From Catajapyx aquilonaris (Eukaryota), in assembly GCA_000934665.2 (NCBI GenBank), contig KZ538923.1, positions 1-39,922 of the forward strand: 39,922 bases of DNA, written 5' to 3'. Positions 13,060-26,121 of the stretch are shown here, piece after piece. Positions within the stretch are counted from its first letter, which is position 1, and every line of letters begins with the position of its first letter. Below the pieces are notes generated by a model. The model made no database searches and had not been told where the DNA came from. It worked only from the letters and a program-made list of their open reading frames with translations. A program made the position numbers and the translations under genes.

Positions 13060-13275
13060 CATTCGCATATACTCTGCCCAGGGCTAGGAGAAAAGGTCTG
13101 GTGGCTATGAGTGTCTGCAATGACTAGAAACTACTTGAGCGCCCTCCCTTGGGGAACCTCCCCTTCCCCACACGCCCGTGGACCAGGGCGTTGCGACGAA
13201 AACAAGTGTATTTATGTAAAAAATTGCAAAATAAATAAAGGTCCGTGCAATACCGAGAGGGTCAGCACTACCCAA

Positions 13276-13341
<66 letters not shown>
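13060..13341 (+). mobile_element. 5'-truncated SINE/LINE 3' end with type-B hairpin tail and (ATT)n
   Basis: 3' part (GGACCAGGGCGTTGCG...AAATAAAGGTCCGTGC...GCACTACCCAA-TATTATT) aligns by eye with the 3' part of the SINE at 26029-26456. No tRNA head or TSD seen. 5' boundary approximate. Confidence 0.7.
13276..13341. repeat. (TAT)n microsatellite, retroposon tail
   Basis: About 22 perfect TAT units; source of the poly-Tyr ORF. Confidence 0.97.
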
Positions 13342-13342
<1 letters not shown>

Positions 13343-13539
13343 TTTCAGAAAAATATTTATGTTTCTTCAACAACTAACACCAGTGTAACAACCAAGTAGG
13401 GATAGATACTGCACATTCTAAGATCTAAGGTAACTACGAAAGTCAAGAACAACAGTCCAGTTGCAAAACTATGGCCACAGGAGCAAAAAAAAATCCCTTA
13501 CGGTGTCCATTTGCCCCAGACTTTCCTTTATTACTATAA

Positions 13540-13843
13540 TAGGGTGTACAAGTTTATTGAAAGTTCGGATGCACTACGGAATGCTTCATTTACGCCCTCT
13601 CGACCGATACTGCATGTAGCTGAGATCAGACGTTATTTATAACAGAACAGTAGTTTATAACACTATTAAAAATTACAGACATTGGTGACCCATCCGGATA
13701 ATCCCCACATGATATTTGAATGATGTGAGATTATCACCGTAATGTATGGAAATTGCTAAAATGAATTATAGAGCAAGTCTCATAAATTCTTATGGAAGCT
13801 AAGCCGGAAAGAATAAAGTTGGCACTTTTTGCCACACCCTGTA
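13540..13843. mobile_element. Degenerate Tc1/mariner-type MITE
   Basis: TAGGGTGT at 13540 and ACACCCTGTA ending at 13843 (CAGGGTG-type ends). Similarity between the ends beyond ~8 bp is poor. Confidence 0.4.
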
Positions 13844-15544
13844 CAGTACCACATTACTTACGAATGTGTGCATATTATGAGCATAGAGTCTTGAAAGGAC
13901 TGGGAAAATTAGTTTAGCCCACTCTAAACAATGCGACGGCCTTGACCGCCCTTCAAGGGTAATTCCATTTCCCTGGTTTCAAATGCATTAATTAATTCAT
14001 ATACGTGTGCATGAACTCGACTAACATCTTACTCTAACAGTCTATCTGGAAACAGGAAGATAAAGAAATCCAATGTTTTAAGTGCGAACACTTCAGGTTT
14101 GAATTGTGCAGAGTAACGAAATGTTACGCTTTTCTTATACCGACCAAGAGGGAATTCCGACCAGATTTTACTGTAACGTATCGGGAATTTATAACAATAG
14201 TATCGACTTATATGACTATTTTGCACATCCAACTTTATCGCGAGATGGAGTGTACGTCATCTATGTGCGATATATGGTACTACATGGACAGTCGGTGGTC
14301 CTGAAAATTTTGCTAAGTTTTGGCAATAGGTTCATTAGAATACATATAGAGTACCTGTATTTTGTTGCATGCGGCGCATTGAAATCATTATTGCTAGTGT
14401 AACCATTAGTGATGTGCATTTAATTGCGTTAATAGGATCTACGGGGGAAAAAATTTGGGGGCAAAGCCTTGTTTTTCACATGCTGTGTTTATGTTAAAAA
14501 GGGGAAACCGGTGTTAATCCTTTGGCTTGCTTTCATAAATGTGTAATACAAGCATATTAAATCAGCATGTGGTCAAATATTGGCTACAGGCTAATGATTT
14601 TAATTGACTGCGACCATTACGGTTGTTGTAATAATGTTACTTAAGTAGCTTCGGTAAATTCACTTCTGGAAGATATAGAATTATCTGTCTTATGTTTCGC
14701 AGAAAAAATTGTCGAGTACAGTACAACTATTATACTTGTAGAACTAAAGTAGGAATGTAGCCATTCTGTAAAGTTACATAATTCAGATCTACTATAGTTT
14801 TCTTCAAAACGTCTTGCAAACTTATCGGATTTTAGAATATAGCTTCAGAAGAATGCATCAAATATTAATGAAGAATGTACCAACGTTCAAAAATTAATCA
14901 TATTTTATATCCGAATTTACTTCAGCTAGTAGGTGGGCTGCAATAGACCCTCTGATACGTGATTCTATACGTAATTTTGGAGAGGTGAATTCTAGTGAGA
15001 GTTCCACTACGATTTATGCTTCATCTAGGCAGCTCCCTCCGCAATTCCACATTGTGATTGGGTTACCATCAAATGGGGTGGAACCTGCAGATGCCAAGAA
15101 TGCTTTGAAAGAGTAGGTCTATACGAAGGAGTGCTCCTTCGGGGCAGTCAACGTCCTTACCCTGCTCTTGCGTAGTTGAGTTTCATGTGTTATGGTCGGC
15201 ACTTACGTGATAAATAATTGTTGAGAAGAACTTGCACAGTTATGGATCAAAAGTGCATATGATAAGTATTATCCTATAACTGGGTATTTCACTTATTTTG
15301 GCTTAACCGAACCTCATTAACGCAACCACCCAGGATCACAGAGGCTTTAATCCAACCAATCTAACATGTGCAGTGTATTGGTGATGGCCACACTACACAT
15401 TATGATACAAAATTGAATCTAGTTGACAGTGACATTTTGGTATGTACTAGCCCTAATGAAGTGGTACTTTCGATTGTTGTATTATATGTAGCTACTCGTA
15501 ACTTGACTCCACACCTCCTAACTTCTTCATTAACAACGCCACCA

Positions 15545-15671
15545 TGACAAGTATGGATACCCCCGTGCATACCTGCATTGCTGCTGGTTGCCGGGGTCAG
15601 GCGCTCGCAATCAACCGCCTGACTCCGGCAATCAGCGATGCAGGCATTCATGGGGGTATCCATACTTGTCA
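15545..15671. repeat. GC-rich inverted repeat / hairpin (~127 bp), probable MITE
   Basis: Arms 15545-15603 and 15616-15671; outer 20 bp perfect (TGACAAGTATGGATACCCCC); 12-nt loop. Confidence 0.85.
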
Positions 15672-17170
15672 GGATTGACATCGTCGACGTGAACGTCGTC
15701 GCCGGACTTTCGTACCCATGCCATGCTTCTTCCATATGCACCCCCTACCACCCATATCATTTTGGCGGTGAATTCGTGAACACCCTGTATAACAAATTGT
15801 GTTTCACAAAACTGCACCTGTATCGCAATATTTTCACACCTATTGAAATTCGATCTGTGTCAGATAATTTGAGTGCAGAAAACGTTTAAACTATGCACAG
15901 GTACAGTCACAATACGCAGTTTACAACACGATGATCCAACTTCATTCACGAATGTACAATAATTCCACGTATGATCAATCTGTGGAAATTCACTGCATTT
16001 GCCGTAATACGGAAGCACTCCATTTCGCATAAGTACTATGCATTTATAATCGGCTCAGTGTAACTGTAAAGGCCGACTTAGTGTCGCCCTCTAAATTCAA
16101 ATGGGTCATATTCCGCTTTAATGCTAGTTTGAATCGTTTAGTCCGACCGGTTCGGAATTCTTCGCCAACTTTGACGCATAAGGCAAGCTTACACGTAATA
16201 TCCAGAGTTGGCGGGGCGTAGTCTCTCGGAGCATTAACAGGTAAAGCTGTATAAAAGTGAGACCCAATTCTGCGCAATGGGACAAGACGCAGGTCAAGTC
16301 ATTTGCAGTTTCGGACGCGTTCGAGAGTCAGAGGGAGGAGGACTGGTGATGAAAATGGGCCTGAGTTACGGTCACATGAGTTACAGTCCTAGGTCCCTGA
16401 CAGCCCAGAAGGGGGCAGAACACGGAACAACGACCCTCCTAAACCCTCCCTGAGATTTACGGCACAATTCGGCTGCCCTGTGGAATTACCCAATTTAAAC
16501 GCTTCAAGGTCAGAGTGACCTATTGTCTGAGAGTGCACCGTCGGAGGGGAATCATTTTGAATCAGGAGAGAATCAGGTACCGTTGATGGTTTCAGTGGAA
16601 TCGGGGGACTCGTTCAGTTTTAACGTAATGTTCAGAGGCGGGGCTGTGGAACGCTTGGACGGTAACTTATTCGGTTTTTTAACATGTATCGTAATTTCAT
16701 CCTGTTAGATCCGGCGAATTCTGCTTAGTCTATGGCCACCATTTGTCTGATTTGGACCTGAAACTGTTTCATAAACCAGTAAAGTATCAGATTCACGTGA
16801 TCTCATTTTTCAGTCCAACCATCCCAAAACGATTTTACCTGGAGGATTTCCGCTTTCTAGAGGAAGCGGAAAACTCCATTTCTGAAGTGCCGGCAAAATT
16901 GTGGAAATCTTATTGGCTGGGCATATATAGTATGATGTGGAAACGAGTAGGAAGTTAGGGATGAAGAAATAGGGAACTTTAAGAGTAAAACTTACATCTG
17001 AGCCGATCCGAGAAATACTATATGCCACATGCCGTTAGATCATAATTATAGCTCTTGATTAGAAACTGAACTCCATACATTTCATACATATGCAGCAGGC
17101 TGTGCATACAATTTTGCCTTACATGATAATGTATTGGGGACGATACAGTACAATCTGTCTCTATCTAGTC

Positions 17171-17396
17171 TATCTAGAGCAATTTCACCTGAACTATTCG
17201 AGAGGAAGGTATACAATCTGTCTCAATAAGTTTTGGCCACTTTATCCTGGTCTTGAAGCAACCCTTCACACACATACACCTGCTCACCGTGGTGCCTGTG
17301 CGAAGGGTTGCTTCAAGACCAGGATAAAGTGGCCAAAACTTATTGAGACAGATTGTACCTTCCTCTCGAATAGTTCAGCTGAAATTGCTCTCGATA
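17171..17396. repeat. Compound palindrome: outer ~42-bp arms around an inner MITE
   Basis: TATCTAGAGCAATTTCACCTGAACTATTCGAGAGGAAGG is inverted at 17358-17396 with two mismatches. Confidence 0.9.
17214..17355. mobile_element. Tc1/mariner-type MITE with TA duplication
   Basis: ~54-bp perfect TIR CAATCTGTCTCAATAAGTTTTGGCCACTTTATCCTGGTCTTGAAGCAACCCTTC. TA at 17212-17213 and 17356-17357. Confidence 0.85.
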
Positions 17397-18314
17397 ATTA
17401 TTTTGACGATCATGTATAGATTATAACATGCAAATTTTTGTTCCATCACCCACGCGCATGTTAGAAAAAATATCCTTCTGGTTAGGCAACTCAGTCGCAA
17501 CGGACAAAGGGCAAACCGGGTGAGCTGAAATGCATATGACCACGTGCTTCCAGGACTGAACACGCTTGGGACATTTCTTAGTTCAAGCACAGCTATTATC
17601 TGTCCCAAGGCATTTGATTTCATCATTTGACCACCTCGGCATGCACTGCAAAGTGACAAATTTGACAAACACGTCAACTAAACCTTTGAAACGAGCTCAG
17701 GACCGTAGCTTAAAAATTAAATGGTCCACCGTGTGCATTCACTCAGCACCTTTGGGGATGCCCCAGTCACGCCAGTCCCCTCGCACGTTTTCAGACGCTC
17801 TGAAATGAATGGTCCGGCCAATCAATGCCCATCAATTCTTGACACGCGTCCTATTGTCGTCTGGCAAGAATTGACGCACATCTACACAGCGTCTTGACAC
17901 ATCGAATATGGAAAACACAGGGAGGCGTGGAAAAAGGGGTCTAACGCCTGCGCCGGCGTTGCCCTTCGACGATAACGGCCATGGGGAGTCTTGCGCAGAC
18001 ACAGCTACCGGCTTTGTGCCACCGACAGCCACCAGAAAGAGAAGACCCCGCAAGAGAGAGGCTGCAGTTGCTTTGCACCACGGGTTGTCATTCAGTCATC
18101 CAACAGCCAACCCCCCACCTGCTGCCTAAGTCAAGAAGCTGAGGTCAACAGCGCCAGGTAAGGCCGTTGACCCAGGGGGGACCACGCTGCAGAAATGGGG
18201 TGTTCGGGCTTGATTAACTTTTTGTCGCCGGGTAATAAAGAGGAGCAATTTTGGTGTGGGGTACAGTCCGATGCATGTTCAATGCTCCAGTGTGAAAGTT
18301 TGCCGGAAAAGCGA

Positions 18315-18331
18315 GGGGGGGGGGGGGGGGN
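18315..18331. other. Poly-G run ending in an undetermined base (assembly uncertainty)
   Basis: G16 followed by N at 18331. Confidence 0.95.
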
Positions 18332-20043
18332 GTTCGATGGGTTGGGATTATCGGGTGGCATCCGCTCTCGACTTGTGTGATTACAGTGTTGGTGTTTGAC
18401 AATTACCGCATGTTGATTACGGGACAGCGGTACATCAACATTTTATTACACGTAAGGCATAATGTGTGTCAGATGTTTGAGGGGGAGTTTACCAGGGCGT
18501 AATACTGTTGCTTTTGGCGCGTGCTGTGGTATTGGAACGCGTCAAATGAGGCGAACAGAGTAGGAAAAATGCCATATACGCATGGTGGAAATGCCCGGAA
18601 GTAGTTGACATTATTGGGAAAAGTATGGTTAATTCAGTTTACAGCCGTAAGTAAATGTTTCGGTTGATATTTATTACAGTCAATTTGTTGCCACCATGTC
18701 GATACCCTATACCAGTAAGGAAGCCTCATTTTATGCAACAGAAATTAGAACCTCGTGACACATGGCCATTTATGAAGTTTCCGGAATGACAAATAAAAGA
18801 GCATATTTCCATTAGAATTTTGACATTATCTCGGTTGCACAGTGCAAACCAGGATGCTAAATAATTACCTTAGCTTCAGATTGATCCCATGTAAAAGCGG
18901 ACATGCAAACTGGATTGACCCCCGCAACGTGTAGATGCGGGAAAAGATAATCAAAGAGCAATTTTCACTGTGCCGGATGTGTCAGAGTAAATAACGTAAA
19001 TTCATTCAATATGACCCGGAAGGCAATTCCTTTGTTTTGTTCACTGCATTTTGTACAGCATCTAGCAGCTTATCACCCATGTTTTCTGCTCAGTCATGCA
19101 AAACACGGGCTAATCACGCGGAAAACGATAATTATAAATATTACGCACATCCAATCATAAATCCGTTAGCAGCCAGGACCCAGCAGTGCATAAATACGGC
19201 AAATAGGGAGTCCTTTCCGTCCTTTTCTACCATCAGAAATCGTCATATCCCGGGTTCATCCAAGTCACCAAAAAAGGGATTTTCTGAAAGGGGGTCGCAG
19301 ATTGAGCCTGAATGACAGTCGCATTTCTATGCTTCCCAGGTGGGTTGGCTTGAGCTGCATATGCAATGGATTAGCTACATAGTGAGATTCTAGGAGAGGG
19401 AAAGAGAGCCAGTGATGGAGCGAGGTGGAAGGAGCTTGAACCGCGATTTCAGGAATGGCAGAATTGAGCGAGTTTTCACCAATCTGCTTTTCCCTGGCCC
19501 CCTTGCGGCAGTCACGAGATATCCCACTTGATTTATCACTCCACAATTTGCCTTAGGCATTGGGTCTCCGATTTCCGCTTCCCTACAGTCTGAGAGCTAA
19601 CAGAGTCGAGTTTCCGACTCAGAAAAGACCTGCCAACGGACTAGAGGGGATTCTGTTTCCACCCAAGTGAAATGGACGCGTATGCATACATATCACGCAC
19701 TTGTTTGCCAAGATTCGCATTGCTGGGGACTGCTGATTTCACGCGCAGGCTGCGGCCCAATTGTGTCAACCGACGGATATGTGAGTTATTGAACAATGTG
19801 TTGTCATTGGCAGCGTTTCTGTTCTGGTGACTGTAGTGTAATGCGATTCCTAACGGTGTACTGCACAGCTCCACGGATTGTACAGAACCTTCAACTCTCT
19901 CTATACAAACATGCCCATAATGTGGGGCTCAGCACTGAATCCAAAAGTGCATTGAAATAAAATGCATAACTGGTTATGTGTATTATTACACAGAATACAC
20001 ACTTTCGTGCACAAGCAGGAATAAAATGCATCTGACTGCAATA

Positions 20044-20111
20044 ATGCACCAAAATAATTTTCTGAATAAAATTATGCACCAAATAATTTGCTGAACAAAA
20101 GGATGCACCAA
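20044..20111. repeat. Short tandem repeat, ~30-bp unit, ~2.3 copies
   Basis: ATGCACCAA at 20044, 20074 and 20103, with AATAATTT(T/G)CTGAA(T/C)AAAA between; further AAATGCAT motifs on both sides. Confidence 0.75.
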
Positions 20112-20919
20112 GGTGTGTAATAAAATGCATTTCAGTGCATGATGTGACACACTGTCACATAATACCAAGTGTTGAGGACGAGGTTCTTGGCATTGTTGCA
20201 ACAGGTTTATGGTAAGTTACTGGATTGTCGCGCCTCTTTTTTTGGTCGAATCGGTACAGTAATGGGGAGTGGAAAATAATTTTCGAAAGCTGCTCCAAGT
20301 GGGCGACCTGCATGGTTTAATTCCTGGCAGTCACGAACAGACCCAGGTTCGTTCCATTGAGCCGAGGATAATAAAACATTAGCGAGACTAATTAGGAAAA
20401 TTTGGCAACCTTCTAACATGGGGAGGAGGGTTACAAAGTTGCAAGCGGGTGGGGGTAGGGAGGGGATACAGCCATTTGCGTAATCACGTGAGCTTTTAGC
20501 CCCCGATCGCAAGTCAGGGCAATGATTGCAGGCGAAAAGGATTAAGTCGTGCAATTACAGGGAGGTACCCTGGTTATGGCGGCTATCAGGCGCAGTTCTT
20601 TTACCGAGGGCCATCCTGACAGAACCAGCCAGTACAGTAACCCCTGAAACGCTCCAAGTGTTCTAGAAACACTGAAGATGAAGAAGAAAAAAAAACAGGC
20701 AGAAACAGTACCTAGCTTTATTTGAGCAATTGCAAAAGGTTTTCATGTGTTCTCGGCTATTTCATTGCGGCAGCAGCCGGTGAGACAAACGTCATGCAAA
20801 TTGGCCTGAATCCTGGGCGCCTCTAACGAAGCATCTCAGATGATGCCAGTTTGGAAAATGAGGGAATAATGAGTTGGTGCTGGTGATTGATACAGCCGTT
20901 GGCGCTCCCCCTCCCCCCC

Positions 20920-20965
20920 NNNNNNNNNNNNNNNNNNNNNNNNNNNNNNNNNNNNNNNNNNNNNN
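20920..20965. other. Assembly gap (46 N) inside a poly-C tract
   Basis: N run flanked by C runs on both sides. Confidence 0.98.
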
Positions 20966-23900
20966 CCCCCCCCCATCACCCCCCTCTTCTCTAACGTGCT
21001 TTGCATGAAAATGATTTTCCTAACAACATCATAAGGCTTCTTGAAACAGCCAGCGGGCTGCATTTTCGCTTCCGAGGAGAAGAGCCGGAAATCCGGAATG
21101 TCTTTTTTCTCTCCCTTTTTCCTGTCCTCCTCCTACTTCTTCTTTTTTTTCCTCCAGCATTTCCGCAGACTCGTGTTTCTGTGCATGGGCTCTCGAATAG
21201 ACCAATTGCTCGTGGAGGGGAGGAACAGGAGGCAAAAATCCGGGGGCCGAGATCATTTCCTCTGTCACAAGTCGTTAGCCGACTCCCCAAGTACAGCAAT
21301 TGCCACGAGCCCTAAACCTCTCTCTCTTCGTCTCCATTTTCCTTTTTGCTTTCATCCCACGCTTTCATATTGATTCGGTTTTTATCCTAAAGTTTTGCAT
21401 ATGCGGCCATTTTTTTTCCTTCTGAAGACATTGGTTGGTGGTAATGAGTGCATCGCACTATAGTTGCAGGGTGGACTGTATGCAACCTAGGTATCTCTCT
21501 GGTCTGATATCAGGAAAGTTCATCATTGTGATGAAAATTGCCATGTATTGAGCGCAAATTCGCGTGCAAGTGTCGAGTTTTTTGACCCTTGGTGGCACCT
21601 GCACGCACTGTTAGCGTAACACGTGCATTGAAATTTTTGTCGTAAATGATTAACTCACTCATGCAGTATAGAGATAAACTGACTTGTGTGGAACTCGGCT
21701 CACTTGAGTGGAAAGAGCATCCATTTGAGTTGGGGATGCTCTGCAACTGAAGCGTAGCCGTGTGAACAACATGTGTCACATTGAGATAAAAATTTGTTTA
21801 AACGAAGAAAATCCTGCCTGGAGGAAAGTCATTTTTAGAAACAAAATGGATAGATTTATAGGACGTATATTAATGGTTTTTCTCAAAACAGTACTTTCCC
21901 AAGTACAGTGGAAATACATGAAAATTATGACCTCCAATACCACAATCCAGGGTGGCATTCAGCCATGAAGGAGATCCAATCACAAAAAAAAAAAAAAATT
22001 TAAAAACAAATAATTTTAAAATATTGCAATTAAATGTTAATATAGCTAGCAATATTTTATTTTTATTTTTTATTGTTAACCTGTTGGCCGGCAGCCCTCC
22101 AGGTGTAAATGTTTAGTATGACTTCCACCCCATTATATTCGTACTTCAGCAGGGACATCACCGGTTTTACACTGAACTCATTGAAGCTCCTACCATACAC
22201 CTTCTTGCTCGTGCCTGTACCCATGGTGCAATCTGCTCTCGTTTTTTGTGCACCAAATCTTCAAATTTCCATTCTGTTCTTTAACTACAATCTATGTTGA
22301 TACCGGTTGGTTCTCCTGAATTTCAAGCAGCGTAACAAGTCGGATGTATAGTAGGCCATTGCCCATAGCCAAGCGTTACGAGGCTGGTTGATGGGGACGG
22401 AAAAAAAAAACCCCTTAGAAACGGAAGTCGAGCAAGTAGGAACAAGTTTTCTTCTTGGAGCCCCGTGATTATCACCTGGCCTATTAGTAGGCGTATAAAC
22501 CCGGTTCGATTTCTCGGTGCTTTTATTCCCAAGCAGCCAGCCAACCCTGAGGCACTAGCGACGATCTCAATATAAAATGGGCTTTAATTTTGCCTTCGGA
22601 TCAAGTTGCACGCCCCCAGGATCACGTCGTTTCAGAGAAAAGAGCTAGAGCTTCGGACTAATGAAATATTGCCATTGATGGATACTCACGGAGTAAAAGT
22701 TTTCGTTTCAATCATGCAAAGTGCATAGTTACGCCGAGGAAAAGTCATTTCCAACTGTTTCCTGCACACCCAAAACTGGGCCCGGGGCTGCTGTAATATA
22801 ACTGTTCCAAAATTGCTCATCAGATAACAGGGTTGAGTCGGAGGGCAGTCCAAATCAGTATGATATGCAATGCCCACATTCTAGAGAGGCTTCTCACGGA
22901 GCCGATGATAGGCTTAGAAGAGCACCGGCGTCGACGGGGAGCGCTTGTTAGACGTTATAATAATGCGTTGCCTGCCATCTGGTGTTGGGTCCGGACACTG
23001 CAAAATATTTATTTTGAAGATGACTGTAATGGTTAATGTAATAATATTATAGTTAACTTACGGTAAAAAACAACCATATAGTTTCCATGTCAGTTGCCAA
23101 CCAGTGTGGCGGAAGACTTCCCAATAGCTGTCACCATTCCTATATGCCACATTCTTTTCCCTTCCCAACATGCACCACTGACTATGACCAATCCTATTAC
23201 TTGCCATCCCTTGTCGATTTTCGAATTAGGTATAATCCTTCGGTCAGTACGTCACGTTGGAGAATACAGAGGTACAGGGATCAATACCACCATTAACAAT
23301 AGCTTTCAGTATAGATAAAAACAACCATTGGTTTTTCTCATTAGTCGTCTACTACTCTGTGACCCTCCAAAGTAATGCAAGCCAGCCTTGACCACTTGTC
23401 CTTATCTGCTGTCGCAAATCTTGGTCCCAAATTGTAAGCTGAGTCATTCCAGGATTGAATTGAAGGCAAGCCGCAGTCGGGCGAGGAAAAAGTGCGCTCC
23501 AATCAGCGGAGTGAACAGTGAAGGTAGGCATCAGGTCCCTTTGGGTTAATAGTTTGATTCGGTAGAGGTCACCTCAGCGCTATCTTCACTATGGTGCAGC
23601 CAAGAAATATGGGTTGCCATTTTTCTTTCTGAGGTTTACGATGTGAAGCAAGTTGTAGGTTTTTACTGACATGCAGATTAAAAGTTTTGTATTAAGTCAT
23701 ACCTCAAGAGGAATGCCCATTAATGGGTATGGAACGCTAAAATTAAGCATGGAAATTTTTCAGCGTTATAGGAGGTAGTGGCAAGGGAAGGGGAAAAAAG
23801 CCAATGCAGGGACTTAGGAAATGTGTCAATAATTCAATATATTGACGATTTTTGGAGGGATGTGAAAATGTAGGATTGTAATCCGTGAAATAGCCACACA

Positions 23901-26028
23901 AACTCAAAATGGATTTCAAAGACAAAGCATGAAGAATCTCATTATCCGATCTGATATCCGCGTCGTACTTTTTGAAAATATTAATGAGAATGATGTCAGC
24001 AGTATATAGTGCTAGGCTATAGGGTACCTGAAGAGCCATACCAACAGTGTTCTTAGAAATCCTCCAATAGTGTAACATATAGCGGATGTCAACTTATAAT
24101 TCATGCAAAGTTAAACTCGGGCAATATTTTATTTCTTCAGTAGGCTATTCATTTTGTAAGTTACGTTGACAATTTTTGACAAATCATATGATTTTGTCGT
24201 AGAATGAATAGACTATTCACTGCATGGCATGAGGTTAGTTTCATTTCCTTGTTCCTTATTTTGAACCCACGGACATTATTTTAACAACAAAATTAAGCAG
24301 TATACAGTCTTTCACTGTCCGGCTGTTTTCACTGTCCTGATGTGGAGTATCTGATACACATTTAAATTACAACATGAGAAGTAGTTAAATGCTGGCTATA
24401 TCTCCCTTTTTTGGTTTGTGTTCTTCTCGGGAGGATTTGTGGTTCAGTAGAGTCATAAATTCAGCACAGGAGAAACCATTGCTCACGACATTGGATTATT
24501 AAGAATGACTTAAGAGGCTTGGCGAGTAGATGGATCGCGGCCATTAGCTAATGAGGGGAGAGATGAAAATTAACCGTTGAAATTATTTTTTGCTGCTAAC
24601 TAAATCTTGGCTGAGAAAACCGATTATTTTTGTGACAAATTGGAACAAATTTCAGAGCCCTAACGTAATGGATCGTGTTTCATATTAGGGCTAACTGATA
24701 GATAAAATACGTAATTGTTAATTCATAAGCGCCTCGGCGTCTCTGCACAAGGAATTTCGATTCATATGACTACTTTATCTGGTAACGTAAATTTTTTTTG
24801 TTATGAAGTTAGGAGGCGCAAATTGTGATTGCTATACAATGTGTCACAATCATTTGCACAATAATAATAATAATGTAAGGTTCGATTAATATATTTTTAG
24901 TAGAAATCACTGAAATTCAAAATTATATCAGTTTACCTGTTTTAAAAGGTCACGTCAATTTATGGCATTTGCACACTGTACCGCTTCGCATTAGAGACTG
25001 TTTCAACATCCAATTCGAATGGAGAGCAACTGCATTGCACAGAGTATGCCATAAGAGCCCCTTTTTAGGGTTATTAGCAATTAGCAAATAATTAAGGCTA
25101 AACAAACGTAGGTTCAGTGCATCTTAATTGCGAACATGTAATTAATAATACACGCTTTGACGTATTATAAACATTGGTAGCGCGCATTCGTATTATTTTG
25201 AAAGGTCATGCAGCTTTTAGATTCAGTCCATAAAAATTCATTGGTGGTGATGGTGACTATGATGACGACAGTATTTATATAATAAATATCTGTAAGCTTT
25301 TGATATTGTTCCTTTGATGCTGACCTTCTCATTCAAAAAGGGTAGCATGAGAGAGTCAATCGGATATGAGATATTGGTAACATGGATCTGGATATTTCAA
25401 AAAAAATAGTCTATACTTGTATATAAAAACGCTCCTAACACCCAACTGAATACTGTATGTAGAGAGAGGCCATCGCGAAACGAAAAAAATTGTAGATGCG
25501 AGAAGAAGAGTGAAAATTTTCCACCGCAAAGAAATTGCAAGATTCGGTACGCACTGTACTTGCATTACGCAATGGGAACCCAATTCCGTCCTTCATCTCT
25601 CCTCCGGTACAGCTATCGGTATCTCTGCTGATTCGTCCATTGAGAGAGAAGCTAAATAATGTCGTTAATATACCATGCAGTTGATACCATTATGACTGCC
25701 GATTTTTTTTTTGTGATTTTGGTTAATTTTAACCAACTTTCCACATTACACGTATAAATTAATGGGAGGAAAAAAGCAATAGGATTATGGACGAAAATTA
25801 TAATCTCGTAAAATATCAACCTTGCCGTATAAAATACAGGGTGTTTGCAAAATGTGTAGGACACCATTCTGAATAGAAATATGCTCTGGCATTTTGTCGT
25901 AAAAATTATGGCTCAGACTCCACAGTCTTACAAAGTTTAGGGAAAAAGTTACGTGACGATTTTGGTAAGCAGTTATTTGCCCAAACTGAAGTCTAGCAGG
26001 GACTAAGAAATACCTCGTTGGCCCAGTT

Positions 26029-26039
26029 ATTATAATAAT

Positions 26040-26117
<78 letters not shown>
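26029..26117. repeat. (AAT)n microsatellite, SINE tail
   Basis: Near-perfect AAT run; source of the poly-Ile ORF. Confidence 0.97.

Positions 26118-26121
<4 letters not shown>

Larger units (their letters stand above)
12719..13528. mobile_element. Degenerate pogo/Fot1-like non-autonomous DNA element containing a nested retro-insertion
   Basis: Left end TA-AGGTAAGTTTGG...GGGGCAAACGGACAC. Right end GTGTCCATTTGCCCCAGACTTTCCTT-TA. Further GGGG(C/A)...CGGACA copies at ~12970-13010. Confidence 0.65.

Noticed and set aside
13111..13377. ORF with a poly-Tyr tract
   Set aside because: Translation of the (TAT)n retroposon tail.
14900..15116. ~70-codon stop-free frame after a TTCAG acceptor-like site
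   Set aside because: No recognisable homology or partner exon; length is within chance expectation.
20044..20111. CRISPR-like spacing of ATGCACCAA repeats (also GAGTAC repeats at 29500-29600)
   Set aside because: Intervening sequences are similar to each other, there are few units, no cas genes, and the context is eukaryotic.
22110..22260. Minus-strand peptide VKPVMSLLKYEYNGWK, faintly like a Chapaev-type transposase segment
   Set aside because: Flanking diagnostic motifs are absent; too short to support without a search.
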